Shown here one piece after another: positions 61,907 to 64,000 of a stretch of 64,000 bases of DNA. The notes beneath the pieces were generated by a model. The model saw only the letters and a program-made list of their open reading frames with translations, searched no databases and had not been told where the DNA came from. The translations under genes were made by a program, and so were the position numbers. Within the stretch, counting starts at the first letter, position 1. Each line of letters opens with the position of its first letter. Source of the stretch: an uncultured Desulfobacter sp. (lineage in GTDB: Bacteria > Desulfobacterota > Desulfobacteria > Desulfobacterales > Desulfobacteraceae); the NCBI GenBank assembly GCA_963665095.1, contig OY762069.1, positions 384,001-448,000 on the forward strand, read 5' to 3'.

Positions 61907-63159
61907 AACAGTTGCCCTCCCTTGTAATTTGAGGGTTCAGGCATAATCCGGATATCATTTTCGTTCCAGCGGTGCCGCTTGACCCGACAGTTCACAGCAA
62001 GGTCCACCGGGGTTAACAAGCCATAAGACTTTGCTTTATAGATAACTTCAGCCTGCAAAGGGGTGTCCTCATGGTACTTTACATCCACATGTCTGCCGAT
62101 CAGCGCAACCGGGGCCTCAAACATGTTGCCGTCAAGGGTGATGGTTCGGTCCTTTGCCACCTTGCGCCGGGCGGTTTTGCGGAAGTGGTCTTTCAGATCC
62201 GGTGGGGCGGTACGGATGCACTCCATGGCCGAGGTAAATCTTTTAAACGGTGATTCGCCTGTGGAGCTGTGTTTACGCTGATGGTACTCATTATGAAGCC
62301 ACTTCTCAAATGCCCCATTCAGATCATCCAGGGTCTTACCTGTAAATCTTTGCAGAAACTGAAGCCGAACCGTTCTGAACCAGCGCTCGATTTTACCTTT
62401 CCCCTGGGGCTTATATGGCCTTGCATGGATTAAAGCGATGGACAGAGACGCTGCTACATATTTTAAATGATGGGATCTGAACGCAGGACCGTTATCTACA
62501 TACAGCTTGCGGGGAAGCCCACGGCTCAAAAAAGCCTGCTCCAGCACCATAAGATAGGTCTTCAGATTCTCAGATAAATAAAAACCTGCAGCCGTAACCA
62601 GCCTGGAATGATCGTCCATAATGGCAATCAGGTACGTTTTTCTTTGCTTATCCTGAACCAGGACTGTAGGGCCGTGCATGACGTCGCTTTGCCACATATC
62701 ATTGGGGTGCGGGGCTTCAAACTTTCTTCTATCCTCTGGCCGGGCCGTGTTCATTAGCCCCCGGCCGCGTAAAAAACGGTATACACTGGATGGACTGTAT
62801 GTCTGGCATGTAGTTTTTTGAAGTGAACAGATCAATGTATCGACTGTCGCATCAGGCTGGTCTAACCGGAGTTTGATTAGTTGAGATGCAGTCTCGTCAT
62901 CGAATACCCTTGATTTTCCCTGGTCTGAACGGTCTTTGGGGTAAAGAGACTCTATTCGACCGTTATACTGCCGGACCCATCCCAGAATCGTACTTCTGGA
63001 AAGCCTGGTCCTTCCAGAATACGGGATGGACCATTTGCGGGCGCACTTCTGCTGTAAAATTCGTTCTTTTTCACCGTAATCAAAATTTGTTCCGGTCACA
63101 AATTCACAAATGACCCCAAACCTGAACACGGCAACCTCTTTTTTCTGATTTTCTGTCAT
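61903..63159 (-). CDS. DDE transposase (rve core, Mu-transposase-like C-terminus)
   Basis: N-terminal HTHs; WQSD, YVDNG and KGKIER (D,D,E); R.V.KD.TI.L.G..FE C-terminal barrel. Confidence 0.95.
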   Translation of the reverse strand: MTENQKKEVAVFRFGVICEFVTGTNFDYGEKERILQQKCARKWSIPYSGRTRLSRSTILGWVRQYNGRIESLYPKDRSDQGKSRVFDDETASQLIKLRLDQPDATVDTLICSLQKTTCQTYSPSSVYRFLRGRGLMNTARPEDRRKFEAPHPNDMWQSDVMHGPTVLVQDKQRKTYLIAIMDDHSRLVTAAGFYLSENLKTYLMVLEQAFLSRGLPRKLYVDNGPAFRSHHLKYVAASLSIALIHARPYKPQGKGKIERWFRTVRLQFLQRFTGKTLDDLNGAFEKWLHNEYHQRKHSSTGESPFKRFTSAMECIRTAPPDLKDHFRKTARRKVAKDRTITLDGNMFEAPVALIGRHVDVKYHEDTPLQAEVIYKAKSYGLLTPVDLAVNCRVKRHRWNENDIRIMPEPSNYKGGQLL

Positions 63160-63262
63160 ACTTCCTCCTTAAAATTTGGTTCTAAGGGCTTGTATGACAG
63201 TATGATCCTTCGGTAAATCACAGCCTTCGGTAGGGTGGTTTAAACCTGATCCAGCCCCATGG

Positions 63263-63709
63263 TTAAATTGAACTGGTAACCGGGATTTTACCCATACCGA
63301 TTAGCTTGATAAAACCAGCAACCACACCTTTGTCCCAACTGTTGGACAGGTAGGCCGCTATATTTCGTTTCAATGCAGTAAACCAAAAATGCTGTCGACT
63401 CCAGGAGAGTTCCGGCAGATACCGGTCTGTGTATAGACGACTCATAATGCTGGTAAGGATTTGCCAGATACTGGCCTGGAACCTCTTGAAAAAACCATAT
63501 GGCTTCAATTTGAATACGGTTTTGCAATAGGGGCAGCGATATCGCTTCAAATACACCCCTTGATCAAATCCATCAAAAAAGGAGAGTACAAAGCCGTGTC
63601 CCCACAGCCTGGAGTCGTTGCAATGTGGACATCGTGACGGTTTTGGCCATGTAAAATTTTTGCCCTGCTTGAAAATTTGCTTGATATCAGCTTTGACCTT
63701 TATTATCAT
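63263..63709 (-). CDS. small Zn-ribbon protein carried by the transposon (DUF6431-like)
   Basis: CPHC...HG...RYRCPYC followed by a helical region; first gene of the element. Confidence 0.8.
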   Translation of the reverse strand: MIIKVKADIKQIFKQGKNFTWPKPSRCPHCNDSRLWGHGFVLSFFDGFDQGVYLKRYRCPYCKTVFKLKPYGFFKRFQASIWQILTSIMSRLYTDRYLPELSWSRQHFWFTALKRNIAAYLSNSWDKGVVAGFIKLIGMGKIPVTSSI

Positions 63710-63901
63710 TTTTATGGTTGTTTTGGGATTTTATAAATCCCGGTCTTAAGGGCGAGGCTCTGCAAAGCTTTTCGCCCTTTTCATTTTTGTCAGAATGCTT
63801 TGATCAGAACCTGTACAGGATAATTTGAGAAAAATGGAACTTTGTCAATTTAATATGAAAAATTTGGCGGGTTTTTGTTCAGATTATTTCGGGAATCTAC
63901 A

Positions 63902-64000
63902 CTGGATATATTCATACTCCCCACGGCCACTCCACAGTTCTCCGTCCAGTTCAAAGGAGGGAAAATTTTTTATAAACCATGCTGGGGGATGCAGTACCAC
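63902..64000 (-). pseudogene. ATP-dependent DNA ligase, 5' fragment (runs off the window)
   Basis: Minus strand reads VVLHPPAWFIKNFPSFELDGELW.GRGEYEYIQ, including ligase motif III LDGEL. Confidence 0.9.

Larger units (their letters stand above)
60804..63901 (-). mobile_element. 3098-bp three-gene DDE transposon (IS481/IS21/Mu-like, with AAA+ ATPase)
   Basis: TG...CA ends with imperfect IRs; CTGG duplication at 60800-60803 and 63902-63905; removing the element restores the ligase reading frame. Confidence 0.93.

Overview
64-kb chromosomal window from a sulfate-reducing Desulfobacterota bacterium, most like Desulfobacter/Desulfobacteraceae (inferred from gene content). Most of it is core and semi-core genes: cstA with an ArsA-like module, split purH, monomeric icd, a giant GlmS-like protein, pbp-metG-ricT-holB-ihf-NusG paralog-lptD, a cysteine synthase/CysRS-like fusion, ferredoxin, an orphan GspE/PilB ATPase, E1 alpha/beta, HD-GYP-motAB, recR-ybaB-dnaX, a type II secretion cluster (gspGHIJKLM-DE), a GAF protein, hpf, an Mla/MCE operon and a diguanylate cyclase. 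The window ends with a complete 3098-bp three-gene transposon (Zn-ribbon ORF, DDE transposase, AAA+ ATPase) that interrupts an ATP-dependent DNA ligase gene, has a 4-bp target duplication and carries a structured non-coding 3' region. The most notable observations are: (1) this compact Mu/Tn7-like element; (2) four ~125-130 bp palindromes with divergent, covarying stems around a fixed bulged core, each next to a stop codon; (3) a CysK-CysRS fusion that lacks KMSKS but keeps the Zn/Cys site and anticodon domain; (4) a GAF protein with cryptic class III cyclase-like motifs; (5) a GlmS-like enzyme with an apparent propeptide. No rRNA, tRNA or CRISPR array was seen. All protein calls come from motif recognition by eye; no database searches were run.
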